From assembly GCA_038496445.1 (NCBI GenBank), contig JALMLS010000539.1, positions 1 to 64,000 on the forward strand: a stretch of 64,000 bases of DNA, read 5' to 3'. Below are positions 38,351 to 50,739 of this stretch, in pieces. How positions within the stretch are numbered: the first letter of the stretch is position 1; the number at the start of each line of letters is the position of its first letter. The position numbers and the translations under genes were made by a program. The notes beneath the pieces are model-generated. The model had not been told where the DNA came from. It was given only the letters and a program-made list of their open reading frames with translations, and searched no databases. Origin of the DNA: Trichosphaerium sp. ATCC 40318 (taxonomy: Eukaryota > Protista > Tubulinea).

Positions 38351-38732
38351 TCATTTAGGAGGCGGAACAACACGCTGACTTGGCGCATCACATTGGTCAT
38401 TGCCACACATAATACGATGGAAGGGTAAATACTCTCTCAGGTACTTTTGATGTAATTGGTTGGCTATTTTGATTCCAACTCGGTTAGGACTCGTACCAGA
38501 CTCGTATTGAATGAATATATGCATTGCTGGATCGTTTGAACCGAGATAAAAAAGGTCTCCAGGTTCAAGAGCCAAAAACCTTATCATTACCAAGTGCGAC
38601 GCCACGGGTACTAGTTCTTGGAGTGTTTGAGCTATTGCGGCCTTAATCTTGTGGAAGCTCAAAATTGTATTGAATCTTTACAAATGCGGCACTTTTAGTC
38701 TTGAAATTCTTCTTGTGATGTTTACTACTCAT
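38351..38732 (-). pseudogene. Frameshifted small ORF with weak MIF/tautomerase-like pattern
   Basis: AAFVKIQYNFELPQ (frameshift) KIKAAIAQTLQELV..VMIRF..LFYLGSNDPAMHIFI..LREYLPFHRIM. The catalytic Pro-1 is absent. Confidence 0.3.
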
Positions 38733-38841
38733 ACAAATACAAATTTAATCAGACATTTCATTGAAAGTAAGAATTTAATTTAACGATAATTGATTGTGCT
38801 TTTTGCTTAGAATTACGTTTATCCGCTCGCCCACACAATAC

Positions 38842-39535
38842 ATGGAACAATCAGAGCATCAAGTGATCGAAACAGCAGTACCAGGCCTATTCCTTGTAAA
38901 AGACTTTCTAAGCGAACTTGAAGAGACTACACTCGTATTGGATATTGACAATGAGGTTTGGAAGCCAAACAGACAAGAAACTCGTCGTATTCAAATATAC
39001 GGTAACAACGAACAGTATAGCTACTATTCTTACGCGTCTTTTAGGCCCCTGGCACAATGAAAAGTACGAAAAAATCGTTCAGCTTTTTAAAAACGAGAAA
39101 CTAACGTAGCACTAGATTACACAAGACACAAAGGTTACACCACACCCAGGATTTTCAAAACAAATATGCACAAAGATAGTTACATTCTGCACAAAAAACT
39201 TCAAAAAAGCTAAAGTCATTGAAGGTAAACTAGGCCAAGATGAGTATACTGAACTATTTGTGAATGAGTATACACCATTACAGAGTTTACAGTTCCATAC
39301 AGATCATCGAAGTACATACAAAGAGACGATATTTGGTGTTAGTTTATTGTGTCCGATGATTTTTTCTTTCAAGCTTTCTGGAAAGACAACCAAGGTTACT
39401 TTACCTCCCAGATCGTTGTATCTGATGACAGGAGATTCAAGGTTTAAGTACAAACATGGTGTTCACACAAATAGCGTACTTGGAGAACGTAGAGTATCAT
39501 TAACATTCAGAATGGTCAATTATACTGATAAATAA
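38842..39535 (+). CDS. AlkB-family 2OG-Fe(II) dioxygenase
   Basis: PGLFLVKDFLS..EE, RRIQIYG, VNEY..FHTD (HxD), LPPRSLYLMTGDSRFKYKHGV, RRVSLTFR. Confidence 0.9.
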
Positions 39536-39896
39536 AAACTACACGACAGCTTGTTGTCCAATCCTAGTTATATCAAAATAGTTCTTATTTTATTCGCACG
39601 TTCTATGTGATATTATCCCACTTGGCTCTCGCGAAGTTTGGGATCTTGTAGTTTATAAATAGGAAAGTCGGAACATTCACACCACTTTTATAATGTGACA
39701 TATACTTATTCTGTTACAAAGATTAGTAGAACATCTTTTGCAGGTCTAATAAAACAGATATCATCAACCCTGGTTTGTGCTAAAACATAAATTTGTTTAG
39801 TTTACCTGATTGTTTTCACCCTTGAAGTCTAAGTGGTTCAAGAGAATTTGCTACAAAGACAGAGACCGAAAATCATTTTATTCAGTACGCTTTTGA

Positions 39897-40221
39897 TTTA
39901 ATACAACGAAGCTTTAAGTTTAGCAAAGCCTTTCCCTAATAGGGCTAGTTTCATTTGCTTTTCGAAATCAACTTTAGTTTCCTACTTAGCACATTCCTTA
40001 GCCCCTTCACATTGTTCATCTGCATTGATTGGTCTGACAACAGTGTAGCAATCTTTGGCACTTAAGCTGTAGGTTCCTGCGTTCTTTCGGAGAAGTTCCT
40101 TTATAAGCTTCACTTGTTCACCACGTGAAGCCTTTCTGACTGCATTTGAGAGAGCTTTCACCTGAGAATCTGAAATGCGGGGCCGTATTGGTTTCCAAAG
40201 GTTCTGTCCTACACGTGGCAT
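39897..40221 (-). pseudogene. Small helical hypothetical protein with an in-frame TAG at 39982-39984
   Basis: Protein-like frame continues past the stop (ETKVDFEKQMKLALLGKGFAKLKASLY*). Confidence 0.3.
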
Positions 40222-40688
40222 TCTGCTTGAGTTGTATGATGCTTGTTGTTTGTAAATTATGTTGATTATACGTACGTGTTTTAAGCAGTTTTTTGAGCCA
40301 GATAATGACTAGGTGTGCCGGTTCTGCTTTGGTGTAACTTCGTATTACATGGCATTAACTACTTATCCGTATAGTTCAAGTTGTGAGAGCGCACTGTTCA
40401 AGCAGTCAAGCTATCATTGTGTTTAGTGATTTTGTTACGTGATAACTTGAATTCCTTAAAAAAAGCCATACATGCTTGTCTGAGCAGAGGTATGCTAGCA
40501 CAAGAAATCAGCAGTCCATTTAATATGATTGATTGGATGTTTTTCAACGACAGGTGCCCAGAAGTCAACAAAAATTCACTTAACCATTGTTCGAAACTGC
40601 GGTTTACGGTTTTAATACAAGGCAAGTGATTTATGTTACTACGTAACTAGTACGCGCTGACAGCAAATTCAGCATGGAATAGAGCACA

Positions 40689-42070
40689 ATGGAGCCAAAA
40701 CCACACAAAAACAAAAAAAAAACAGTAAAACTACCGAATAATACGTGGATACGCATAGCGAACAATATACCACTATCATGCGCGCTATTTGCACTATCTT
40801 TAACTTGTAAATCTCTTTACAAAGTGAGCAGAAAGCGTGCATACGATTGCGTTCGTATTCTAGAACCTAAAGATACCATTCTAGTGGAAAAATCAGATAC
40901 AGGTATGAAACGAACACTGAGAGCTTTATTTTTACTTTTTGACATGATCTAGGCGTGTATATTCGAAGGTACTCATGGATTCAAGATGCTATGAGTACCT
41001 TAAAACCCTTGGAGGTTGCTGAAGCCAAGAAAAAAGGAAAAACTTCGTTTATGTCTAAAATATTCTCGAAAAAAAAGAAGTCTTCAGAGTTTCAACCTAA
41101 GAATACTGATACTCGTACTGATACTTTAGCTAAAAAAAGTACCCGTATTTTAGTTACTGTAGTTGGTGATGAGAACGCCGGTAATTATCTTGATGTCAAC
41201 AGTACTTGTCACGTGTTAAATCTATATTTAGGCAAACATACTCTCTTTTCATCTTTTTTCAAAGATAGGTTCACAAGTGGAAAGAATGAAAGGTTATACC
41301 ATGTACCTGTATAGAATGAGTTATGCGTGTTTTAACTGCAACCCATAGGAAGCAAAAACAGTGATGTTAAACGATATTGAAGGTAAAATAGCTGTTGTAC
41401 GTACTATAGAATTTGTGCTTATTCACTAGGCTTTTTGCACATCTTCTGGTTCATATTTACCTTAATCTCAGAATTGCCCACGCCCATCAAAGTGGAGTAA
41501 TACACGCTATCAAAAAAACACAAACATAGGGATCATTATGGTCGATCTTACTAGTACTGAAAGTACGTCTGCAAACAAACAGAAAAAGTATTTCTTATGA
41601 AAAAAAAAAGGTTGTTTTCTTAAGTTTTTGGTCGCTTGTTTGTACCTTCCAAATTGATTTAAAGCCCTGTTTTAATGTTATACAATTTACAAAAGTTGTG
41701 AGCGTTGCTCATGTCTTGTTCAGATGTTTGTAACTTTTTACTAGGTTGGGAAGACACAACAAATTATTTTAGTGAACTCCAACGTTACTGTATCCATGTT
41801 ACTTTCTATGTTATAGTATTTACAAAAAAGGACATGGACGAAGATCACGTTGTATCTGAGAGTGATATCAAGGTACCCAAAAAAAACATAAGCGGAAATA
41901 CAAGAAGGTAGCTCCTAATAATTTGTTTTGAATAGGAGTTCATGATGACTTCAATTACTGACTTTGACATTTGTTGTGTTGAGATTAATACTACATCAGT
42001 TCCAGATGTTGAACACTTATTCGAGTTTATACTTCATAGATGGATAAGTAAACAAAAGAAGATGATATAG
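40689..42070 (+). CDS. F-box + divergent Ras-superfamily GTPase domain protein, multi-exon
   Basis: F-box KLPNNTWIRIA..LSLTCKSLY. G1 VTVVGDENAGKHTL, GIIMVDLT, G4 IVFTKKD..HVVSE, VEINT..DVEHLFE. Confidence 0.65.
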
Positions 42071-42389
42071 GTGTTGTAAGATAAAACAGATTCCTGACGT
42101 GATGTGAACAGCTTACAAATACAAGCCACTATCTACCTCAGGTGAAGTTGTCTTCATCTGAATCTTGAGAGAAATCGTCCGAGAATTCAAATAAATAGTT
42201 GATTTTGATTGACGACATATTGGTTATTTCAAAAGAGAGTTTGAGTGTTCGTTAGGACAACTTGTATTTCATAAAAATTACATAAATTTGAACGTAGGAT
42301 AGATACAAACTCCACTTTTTTTAGTGCTTTTATTTTTGATACTTGCTTTTACAATTGTAGGCAGTATTGGTGATATTATTATTTCGTTC

Positions 42390-42959
42390 TCACTTTAAGA
42401 CATACTTTACAGTACAGTTATCACCTCCTCCTTGAATGACCAAAACACTGGGTGGTGTAGCTTCACTATGATTGGATCCAGCGAACGGGTTTGAAGTTGT
42501 CAAAACATACTCTTTGCCTGTCTTCTCGTCCTTGTACCATACTTTGGCCACTGTAACACCTGTCATAAATCCGTGGCTCTCACATCCATATGCTTCTTGA
42601 GTGTTTGCCTTGATATTAGAAGGAGGAAGAATCGAGCTACTCCATATGCCTAAAATAGATATATTGAGCAAACAAGTTAAATATAGTTTATCTTCGTTTT
42701 GTACCTGAGCCATCAGAGTTTTCTTTTGGTTGAGGCGCTTTTACAAGTGTTAGGTCGTTTCCTGTTTTATTGACAACAATAACATCGACACTTCGGGTCG
42801 CTCTACCATCCCCAAATAGATTTTTCTTTAACCTGGATGCAAGTGTATTACCAATATCGACAGCTATACAAATGCTGTTAGCTAAAAATAAGCTTAATAA
42901 ATGTGGTTTGATTTACCTTGTTCTGTTGCGAATGCTATTGCTGCTGCTTGAAATGCCAT
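42390..42959 (-). CDS. Aegerolysin/Cry34 (ET79)-like beta-sandwich protein, paralog 1 (2 introns)
   Basis: ATRSVDVIVVNKTGNDLTL..GIWS..LPPSNI..YGCESHGFMTGVT..SNPFAGSN..GGGDNCTVKYVL. Confidence 0.7.
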
Positions 42960-43492
42960 TTTGATCTGATGAGGTGCTTTGTTGCTTGTGATTTGTTGTT
43001 ATTTTTAATATTGACACAACTTGACCAGTAAATAAACGCATGAAAATACCATATTTGCCTAAATGTTTCACTACTGAATAAAATCGGTAAGCTTGAAACA
43101 GTATTCTTCACTGTATGAGGGAGATAGCACAACGAAAACTACAAAGTAGTGGACAATTTCGGGAGTTAATTAACAATACTACAGCGCTTTAACTATCTTA
43201 AAACCTATTTTTTCTACCCGTATTCACATATTTCCACGTCGAAGAGCATATTGAGAGGTTTAAGGAGCTTTTACCATATGCTATTTTTGTCTTTTCACTC
43301 AGAGCAAACTTTTGGGGTTACCAATTTTACGAAATGATGCTGATAACCAACCGAAAAAACGATGGTTTTTTAGTAGTATACAACCAATGCAAGCGACCAA
43401 ATGGCTCTGTTCGCTTTCGGTCTGGCAGTGTGCCAAAAACGTTGGCAAATTTCATAAACTAAATTTGAATACCAGTTTTCAGTTTGTTTCGT

Positions 43493-44975
43493 ACCGGCCC
43501 ATCGAGTCGTCATCAAAAAAGTCAACTTTTGTAAACCCAAAAATTGTGGATTTCACAATAAAGAATACGTAACTCCCCAATGTCGCAACAACGCCGTGGC
43601 TTTTCCAAGTATTATGACAAACGCCCAAAGGATCGCGTGTTGAAACGGTCAAACAGAGAATCCATACAGTATGTACTTCATAACATCTGCGATACTGGCA
43701 ACTAATATTTCTTTGGGCTCCGATTTTGACAGCAGCATTGAAGCCTTACGGATTTACCTATGTTGACTATCCCGTGTTAGACGTTTGGACTAAACTTAAA
43801 AAACAACGTAACGTTATTGGTATTGGAAAAGCCAAGACACCAATGGCATTTTTCACCTTCAAGTGGGATAATAAGATTTTTGAAAACTTGTTATTCACAA
43901 GCACATATGAACAACATCACACTGACCTAAAAAATGGGATCACTACCCATATGACGAACTTCTCTGGTATAGTGATATGGCATGGGATTATTGGAATACA
44001 GAATATTCGCACATTGTGGAGCACAGGTGAAGCACAAATTTTATTTACTGGGAAGACAGGTTTGTTGCAACTTAATCACTACTTCAACATCTCTGCCAAC
44101 ATGAAATTTGATGCTAACATGGTACATTCATTTCTAGTGATTGTCTTTAAGCGCCACATGGTACCAGGTTATTTCACTTGTGCTGATGAAATCTGTATTC
44201 CATCATAATATTTCAATTGCCATATAAAAACTCACAACACTAAGAAACCATACGCATGGGCCATAGAATTGAAGTGTCTCGATGATTCGAACTAGATATC
44301 TGATTGACTTTATCAATACTTTGATATAGCCTCATCTCACACCAAATGAATCCTTCTTTCATGTGCAAAATGGTCGAAAACAATTGGAAGGTGCCATTTT
44401 TTTACATGTGACTCTAATTTTTGTTCAGCCATGGATCTCAACAAGCCGGGGAATTTGACTTAGACGCTACTTCATCATGTAATACCAACCACTGTCAGTG
44501 GCCTTGCAGCAATCAATTGCAAAAAAAGTGCCTGTGGGATACACAAGATTGGCACCATTGGACAAAACTGTTGCTGTTGCAACAAATAGCAATGAAATCG
44601 TAAAGTTGGCCACCACTCTCTACTGTATGCATGATGACAAAAGTTCATTTGACAGTAGCAATAAAAGATATGTTCAAAAATAAAAATGATGACACCAAGG
44701 GAAATAGTGATCAATTTGGCCAGCTGGTCAAGTCCTATTGTACAGATAGGCGGTTCAAAAAATGGAACATGACACTTCTTGTTGGTTGGTTTTACTACAC
44801 CCTCACAACTGCTTTTATTCTGTATAAGTGTCAAGACGGAACCCTTACTCCCAAAGGTTTTTTACAAGAAATTGCAACGGAATTGCTTCTCACAGGGACA
44901 GGAAAATAACCTCCTAATATATTTGTGACAGTTTTTTTTTTCTTGTGATTTTTCATGACGACTCCTTTGGCCGGT
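43493..44975 (+). mobile_element. Decayed piggyBac-like DDE transposase with flanking imperfect inverted repeats
   Basis: PGYFTCADEICIP*..KKPYAWAIELKCLDD, KGNSDQFGQLVKSY..RRFKKW..TAFILYK..FLQEIATELL, with multiple stops and frameshifts. 23/27-nt inverted match between 43493-43519 and 44949-44975. Confidence 0.8.
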
Positions 44976-45304
44976 TATGTTTTCGGTATGGTTCGGTAGA
45001 TTTGCACTGCCCGTTTCTAAAAAGAAGTTTTTCTAAGGCCTCGTACCTGCACAAAACCTTTGAAATACACAGTAATGTTGTTAAACATTGTACTAGTGTA
45101 TCAGTCACGTGTGATCAAAATTGTAAACAGATTACTAGAAAGTAAGAGTGAGTCGTTTTCTCCCAATATCTTATGTACAGGGCTGAGTAAAAGAATGTGT
45201 ATTGCAAACAATAGCAAATAAGCTAGAGATATTTCTAAAGAAACGAGGTGCACGTTCAAATACAAATACTAAGAAATCAACTTGTAATAGAAAACAAACA
45301 CAAG

Positions 45305-46162
45305 TCAAACGCTTTTAGTTTGTTTTTTGCCATGTATCCACATGGACTGTTCCTTTAGTTGCCCATCCTCATACCATTCAGTGGACATGCTGTGTTGTTC
45401 ATTATTTACCCACAAAGAATGTTCCTTTTGTTGTCCATTTGCATACCATTCTTTAGTTTCACCGTTTAGTTTATCATCAACCCAAATAGAATATTCCTTT
45501 TGTTGTCCATTTTCATACCAATCTTTTCGTTCACCATGTTGTTTACCATGAATGGACATTAACTGGTACTTTAGTTGTCCATTATCATGCCATCCTTTGC
45601 GTTCACCATGTATTTTACCATCAATGGACATGTACTGGTATTTTATTTGTCCATTTTCATACCATCCTTTACTCTCGCCATGTTTTGTACCGTCAACCCA
45701 CATGCCTTGTGCTTGGATTTTTCCACTTTCATACCATTCTTTGCGTTCACCATGTTGTTTATCATCAACCCACATGAACTGGTACTGTAGTTGTCCATTT
45801 TCATACCATACTTTGCATTCACCTTGTTTTTTATCATCAACAAACATTAACTGGTACTTCAGTTGTCCATTGTCATACCATCCTTTGCATTCACCTTGGT
45901 TTTTACCATTAATAATCGTATGTTGGCTCTTCAATTGTCCAGTTGTGTGCCATGTTTTAATTGGACCATTCACCATGTGTTGATGCAAATAAACTTTTCC
46001 ACTTTTATACCATTGTATCCACATTCCTTTTCTTTGTAAAGTTTCATCAAAATGAGTATTAATTGCAGCTCTCTTTGATAGAGTATGAAACTTTGTGAAT
46101 ACCTCATTATTGAAAGTACAAATGTAAGTCTGAAGTTCACATGGAATATCCAATAAACTCAT
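45305..46162 (-). CDS. F-box-like + MORN-variant repeat protein, intronless
   Basis: MSLLDIPCELQTYICTF followed by ~8 24-aa repeats GQLKYQxMxVDxKxHGExKxWYEN. Confidence 0.85.
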   Translation of the reverse strand: MSLLDIPCELQTYICTFNNEVFTKFHTLSKRAAINTHFDETLQRKGMWIQWYKSGKVYLHQHMVNGPIKTWHTTGQLKSQHTIINGKNQGECKGWYDNGQLKYQLMFVDDKKQGECKVWYENGQLQYQFMWVDDKQHGERKEWYESGKIQAQGMWVDGTKHGESKGWYENGQIKYQYMSIDGKIHGERKGWHDNGQLKYQLMSIHGKQHGERKDWYENGQQKEYSIWVDDKLNGETKEWYANGQQKEHSLWVNNEQHSMSTEWYEDGQLKEQSMWIHGKKQTKSV

Positions 46163-46985
46163 AGTACCAATCGAGGCGCACTTTAAAAAAAAAGTTAGAA
46201 GGCAAATAAAAAAGTCAATTCTAGGTTACGCTAATTTTAAGATCAAAACAACACTAACAAGTCTTCATAAGAAGGATCTAAAAGATTTGCTATCTTCTGC
46301 AAGGGCGCCAAAACACGTGATTTCTCTGAAATTGTCGTAACCACTTATTGAAGCGACAAATGCAAAGGAAGCGCAAACCATGACCTTAACATAACGTTTT
46401 GTTTGAAAAAACAAAAAATGAAAGCCATTTCACTTGTAGCTTGTTAATCCCTGTAACTCAAATACCTGGTTTTTTTACGTACCATTATTATTGCCGTCGT
46501 TTTAAAAAGCGTTCAATTAGCGTAAGGCACTATCAGGCACGAACCTTGGCAATGTCGTAACAAAATTTTAAGTAGGTAATAATTTAGTTGACTTTTTTAT
46601 CAGCTATTGTCGCTGATATGTAACAATCTGTTTGAATATGGTAAAAAGCAACACAAGTTATTGAATTGATTTAGGTTAACAAGACAGGAAACGAGCTCGC
46701 ACTGTAAAACAGCCCAACGAATAGAAAACTCAGTTTTGCACAAACAAATTCACGTGGGACCAAATAGGAAGCAACTAACTACTTGGAGTAAAGGCTTGAG
46801 GCTCTACTTACTAGGTATCAAACTCGATGTGAGCTAAACAGAAAACAGTCAACACTTCTAAAGTTTATTCTTTGAGGACTAAAACGAGAATTTAGCTGCT
46901 AATAGTTTTAAGGAGTATTTATTCTTTGGATAACTTGACTTTCACAAGCACTTTTCGTGGTCATGTAGGAGTGATAGTATTGTTC

Positions 46986-47540
46986 TCACTTTAAAACAAA
47001 CTTTACAGTACAGTTATCACCTCCTCCTTGAATGACCAAAATAGTTGATGGATAAGCTTCGCTGTGATTGGATCCAGAATATGGGTTTGAAGTTGTCAAA
47101 ACATATTCTCCTCCTGTCTTCACGTTCTTGTACCATACTTTGGCATCAGTAACGCCTGTCATAAATCCGTTACTCTCACATCCATACGCTTCTTCAGTGT
47201 TTGATTTGATTTCAGGAGGAGGAAGAATATCGCTACTCCATACACCTTGAACAGATAGTCAGCAACTGCGAAGAAATGAATTGTCTTTTTGTTTTGTACC
47301 TGAGCCACCTGGGTTATCTTTTGGTTGAGGTGCTTTTATAAGTGTGAGGTCACTTCCTGTTTTATTGACGACCATAACGTCAATACTTCGGGTAGCTCTA
47401 CCATCACCAAATAGATTTAGTTTAAACCTATCCAATAGTGTAGTGCCAATATCGACAGCTATTGTTGTCAGTGTTAAAATGTAAAGGTTTGATTTACCTT
47501 GCTCAGTTGCGAATGCTATTGCTGCTGCTTTGAATGCCAT
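46986..47540 (-). CDS. Aegerolysin/Cry34-like protein, paralog 2
   Basis: Same exon structure as paralog 1; GVWSSDILPPPEIK..YGCESNGFMTGVT..SNPYSGSN..GGGDNCTVKFVLK*. Confidence 0.7.
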
Positions 47541-48495
47541 TTGATTTGATGAGGTGCTTTGTTGCTTGTTTGTTGTTGAATTATTCTGTTACTTTTTGAA
47601 AAGTGCACAAGAAAAAGTGCGATGAACTGCGAACTATTGACGTCATAAAAACTTACGTTAACTGTGCATGTCCTTTAGAAGAATGAATTCTGAATAGAGG
47701 TTATAATAAAAACCATTCACGAAGAATTACCTGAAAAAAAAATTCTCTAAAATCTTTTATAGTTGTAGTAGCCGCTCAGTAGTGTGTTTTAAAGTTGGTC
47801 ATGTAAAAATAATCATTGATGAGAAGTGACATGAGAGGTTGAGCGACAGTCTAACATGAAATACACCCAAATGATGTATTTTTATTTTTGACGTTATCTT
47901 TTGACGCTGTCACGTGTGTTCAAAAATTTTATCAGTTCGAGATATTTTGGACTTTCACAGTATTACGTTTGTAGGTGGATGCTTTCAAGCTTTTGCGCTA
48001 AAACCTCTTGAAAAAACGTGCGTTCGCAATCACGGAAGTATTGGGTACACATTGCTGGCGTATCTTTTATTTGTAGTTTTCTTTCAAAAAAAACTACCTT
48101 CTACTTTTAAACGTACTACACAATCTGTATCGTTCATCGTGTTCAATCTTGAGGAATGCCTAAAAAAAATCGTTATTGTAATGCTAAGTGAATGAAACAA
48201 AACAACAAGGACGTATAGTGTAAACCGGCCAAAGATTCATAGCAAATTGTTAAAGATATTCATCTTTCGTAGCACATTGCAGTTTTTCCTCACTTCACTT
48301 TTGGCTACTATCAGTTTAACTAGCGGCTCAGAAATTATTTATTCTAAACATCAAGGGTAAAAACACATGCTTGGTTACTGTTAGTTTTTATGACGTCAAT
48401 AGTTCGCAGTTCATTGCACTTTTTCTTGTGCACTTTTCAAAAAGTAACATTATTATTCAACAACAAACAAGCAACAAAGCACCTCATCAAATCAA

Positions 48496-49053
48496 ATGGC
48501 ATTCAAAGCAGCAGCAAAAAAGTTCGCATTAGAGCAAGGTAAATCAAACCTTTACATTTTAACACTGACAACAATAGCTGTCGATATTGGCACTACACTA
48601 TTGGATAGGTTTAAACTAAATCTATTTGGTGATGGTAGAGCTACCCGAAGTGTTGATGTTATGGTCGTCAATAAGACAGGAAGCGACCTCACACTTATAA
48701 AAGCGCCTCAACCGAAAGATAACCCAGGTGGCTCAGGTACAAAACAAAAAGACAATTCATCATCACTTCGCAGTTGCTGACTATCTGTTCAAGGCATATG
48801 GAGCAGTGATATTCTTCCTCCTCCTGAAATCAAATCAAACACTGCAGAAGCGTACGGATGTGAGAGTAACGGATTTATGACAGGCGTTACTGATGCCAAA
48901 GTGTGGTACAAGAACGTGAAGACAGGAGGAGAATATGTTTTGACAACTTCAAACCCATATTCTGGATCCAATCACAGCGAAGCTTATCCATCAACTGTTT
49001 TGGTCATTCAAGGAGGAGGTGATAACTGTACTGTAAAGTTTGTTTTAAGGTGA
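48496..49053 (+). CDS. Aegerolysin/Cry34-like protein, paralog 3
   Basis: Near-identical to paralog 2; differences cluster in the N-terminus (AAAKKFALEQ vs AAAIAFATEQ). Confidence 0.7.
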
Positions 49054-49283
49054 GAACAACACTATCACTCCTACATGACCACGAAAAGTGCTTGTGAAAG
49101 TCAAGTTATCCAAAGAATAAAACACCATCTTTACCACATTGTCGTTTTGTCAGAATAGATTTTTTAATGTAAAGGGAACTGAAGTACCAAGGCAGATTTC
49201 TTGGTAGATGTGAGACTAAATTAACCGCGGCTCGTAATATTCTGAGAACCAATCCACTAACATGGACCTGAAACTTTATTGAA

Positions 49284-50739
49284 TTAGACAACCAGCGAAA
49301 GAACACATAGTACAGCAGTAGCAACCCATGTCGTAGGATTTCCAGTGGTACTCGCACAGCTAGGAGCAGCTCTAGTTGGAGCAGATGTTGTTGGAGAAAT
49401 AGTTGAGTTCATAGAAGCTGTAGGAGTAACTGTTGTTGGAGCACTGGTAGGTACTGAAGGTGCAGTTGTGGTAGACGCCACTGTCGGTGCAGTAGTGGTT
49501 GGAGTATCCGTTGTTGGAGCTGATGTAGTAGGTGGAGGTGTAATACCTGGAAGGAAACGAGCATCCTCTGATACCAAACCATGGAAGGGAGCTGTTGGTG
49601 TAATCTCGAGTGTTATAGTATCGTACAAGTACGAGCTATTTGAAGTACATTGGATGAAGATTCGGGTATCATCATATCTTGCAAATGCTAAAAGGGGAAA
49701 AATAAACACCAACTATAAGAAAACAGTACAAACAATGTACCTCGTGGGCGATCAAATATATCCTGGCATTCGATAGGAAGATCTGTAGAGTTTTGAGTTT
49801 CACAAGCCATTGATGTGTTCGAAGGTATGCTGAGTTTAAGTACTTGAGTATAGGTGGCAGAGTAAAGTGTCCCATTTATTACAGCAACTAAAATGTTTTT
49901 AGAAAGACATTTACAACAAACTTCCTCAGGTCCTTGTGCGAAGAACAGATTATTATAAAGGTAGTTCGTACTGTAGTCTGCGCTTGGGTTTGATGTAACA
50001 TATGAAGTACACGCCTGTGTAGCCATGCATGTGTTTATATCAAAAGTGTACAAGCCAAGATCAACTGATGTATCAGTAGTACGAAGAGAGCCGTACATAG
50101 TATCTGTTACATAGTCATAGGCTAGTCCAGCGAATATAGTATTATCTAATGGACAACTGGACACCTAAGCATATAAGAATGGTATTGGGAAACATGTAGG
50201 AAACAAACATACCGGATTGCAGTCACTGATATTGTAGATATCTATTCCTCCCGACCTCATATTGAGAGGCGAGATACTGCTGTCATACCATGTAGCTATA
50301 AGAAGCTGACCATTTGGTAATGGTGAGATAGCTGTGTATTCCGCAAAGTAACTTGAGTTGTAAGCACACTCTACAAAGAAAAGTTACCGAAGTTGTTCTG
50401 AGTTCTTTACGAGAAACTTGGTGGCATAGCTATTGGAGTTTTTCAAAAGTATTTATCCAATTCACAAAAACATCTATTTTACGAACTCTCTTTGTTTAAG
50501 TGCATTGCGAGCAGACCACGCTATATACACACCGGTTCGGAGTAGTCACGTGACTATATTTTTTTATATTGCGTACTGTTTGTCAAGACTGTTGGATCAT
50601 TGCGATTAACAATACCAAAGAAGCTCTCTTGGAAAAAATCTCCTTTGAAAGTAATCATTTCATTACGATTCAAACTAAAGGAAGCAACAAATGGTATTGC
50701 TAAAAGAAACAAGAAGCATGTAGACAAGGTGCTAGCCAT
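49284..50739 (-). CDS. Surface protein with signal peptide, Thr/Pro-rich stalk and C-terminal hydrophobic (GPI-like) tail; multi-exon
   Basis: Starts MASTLSTCFLFLLAIPFVAS; GLAYDYVTDTMYG (propeller-like blade); PTTSAPTT repeats; ends WVATAVLCVLSLVV*. Confidence 0.7.

Larger units (their letters stand above)
46915..49122. repeat. Head-to-head inverted duplication (~750-bp arms ~46915-47670 and ~48366-49122, ~700-bp spacer)
   Basis: Exons, introns and both flanks are near-identical in reverse complement. Confidence 0.93.

Noticed and set aside
45327-45983. Plus-strand Cys/Pro-rich ORFs, and similar ORFs at 16594-16860, 23283-23642, 49345-49776 and 56376-56735
   Set aside because: Antisense shadows of repetitive real genes.
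43260-46650. Short inverted match (GCTTTTACCATAT vs ATATGGTAAAAAGC) suggesting a larger transposon carrying the MORN gene
   Set aside because: Only ~13 bp with an indel, does not extend, and has no matching TSD.
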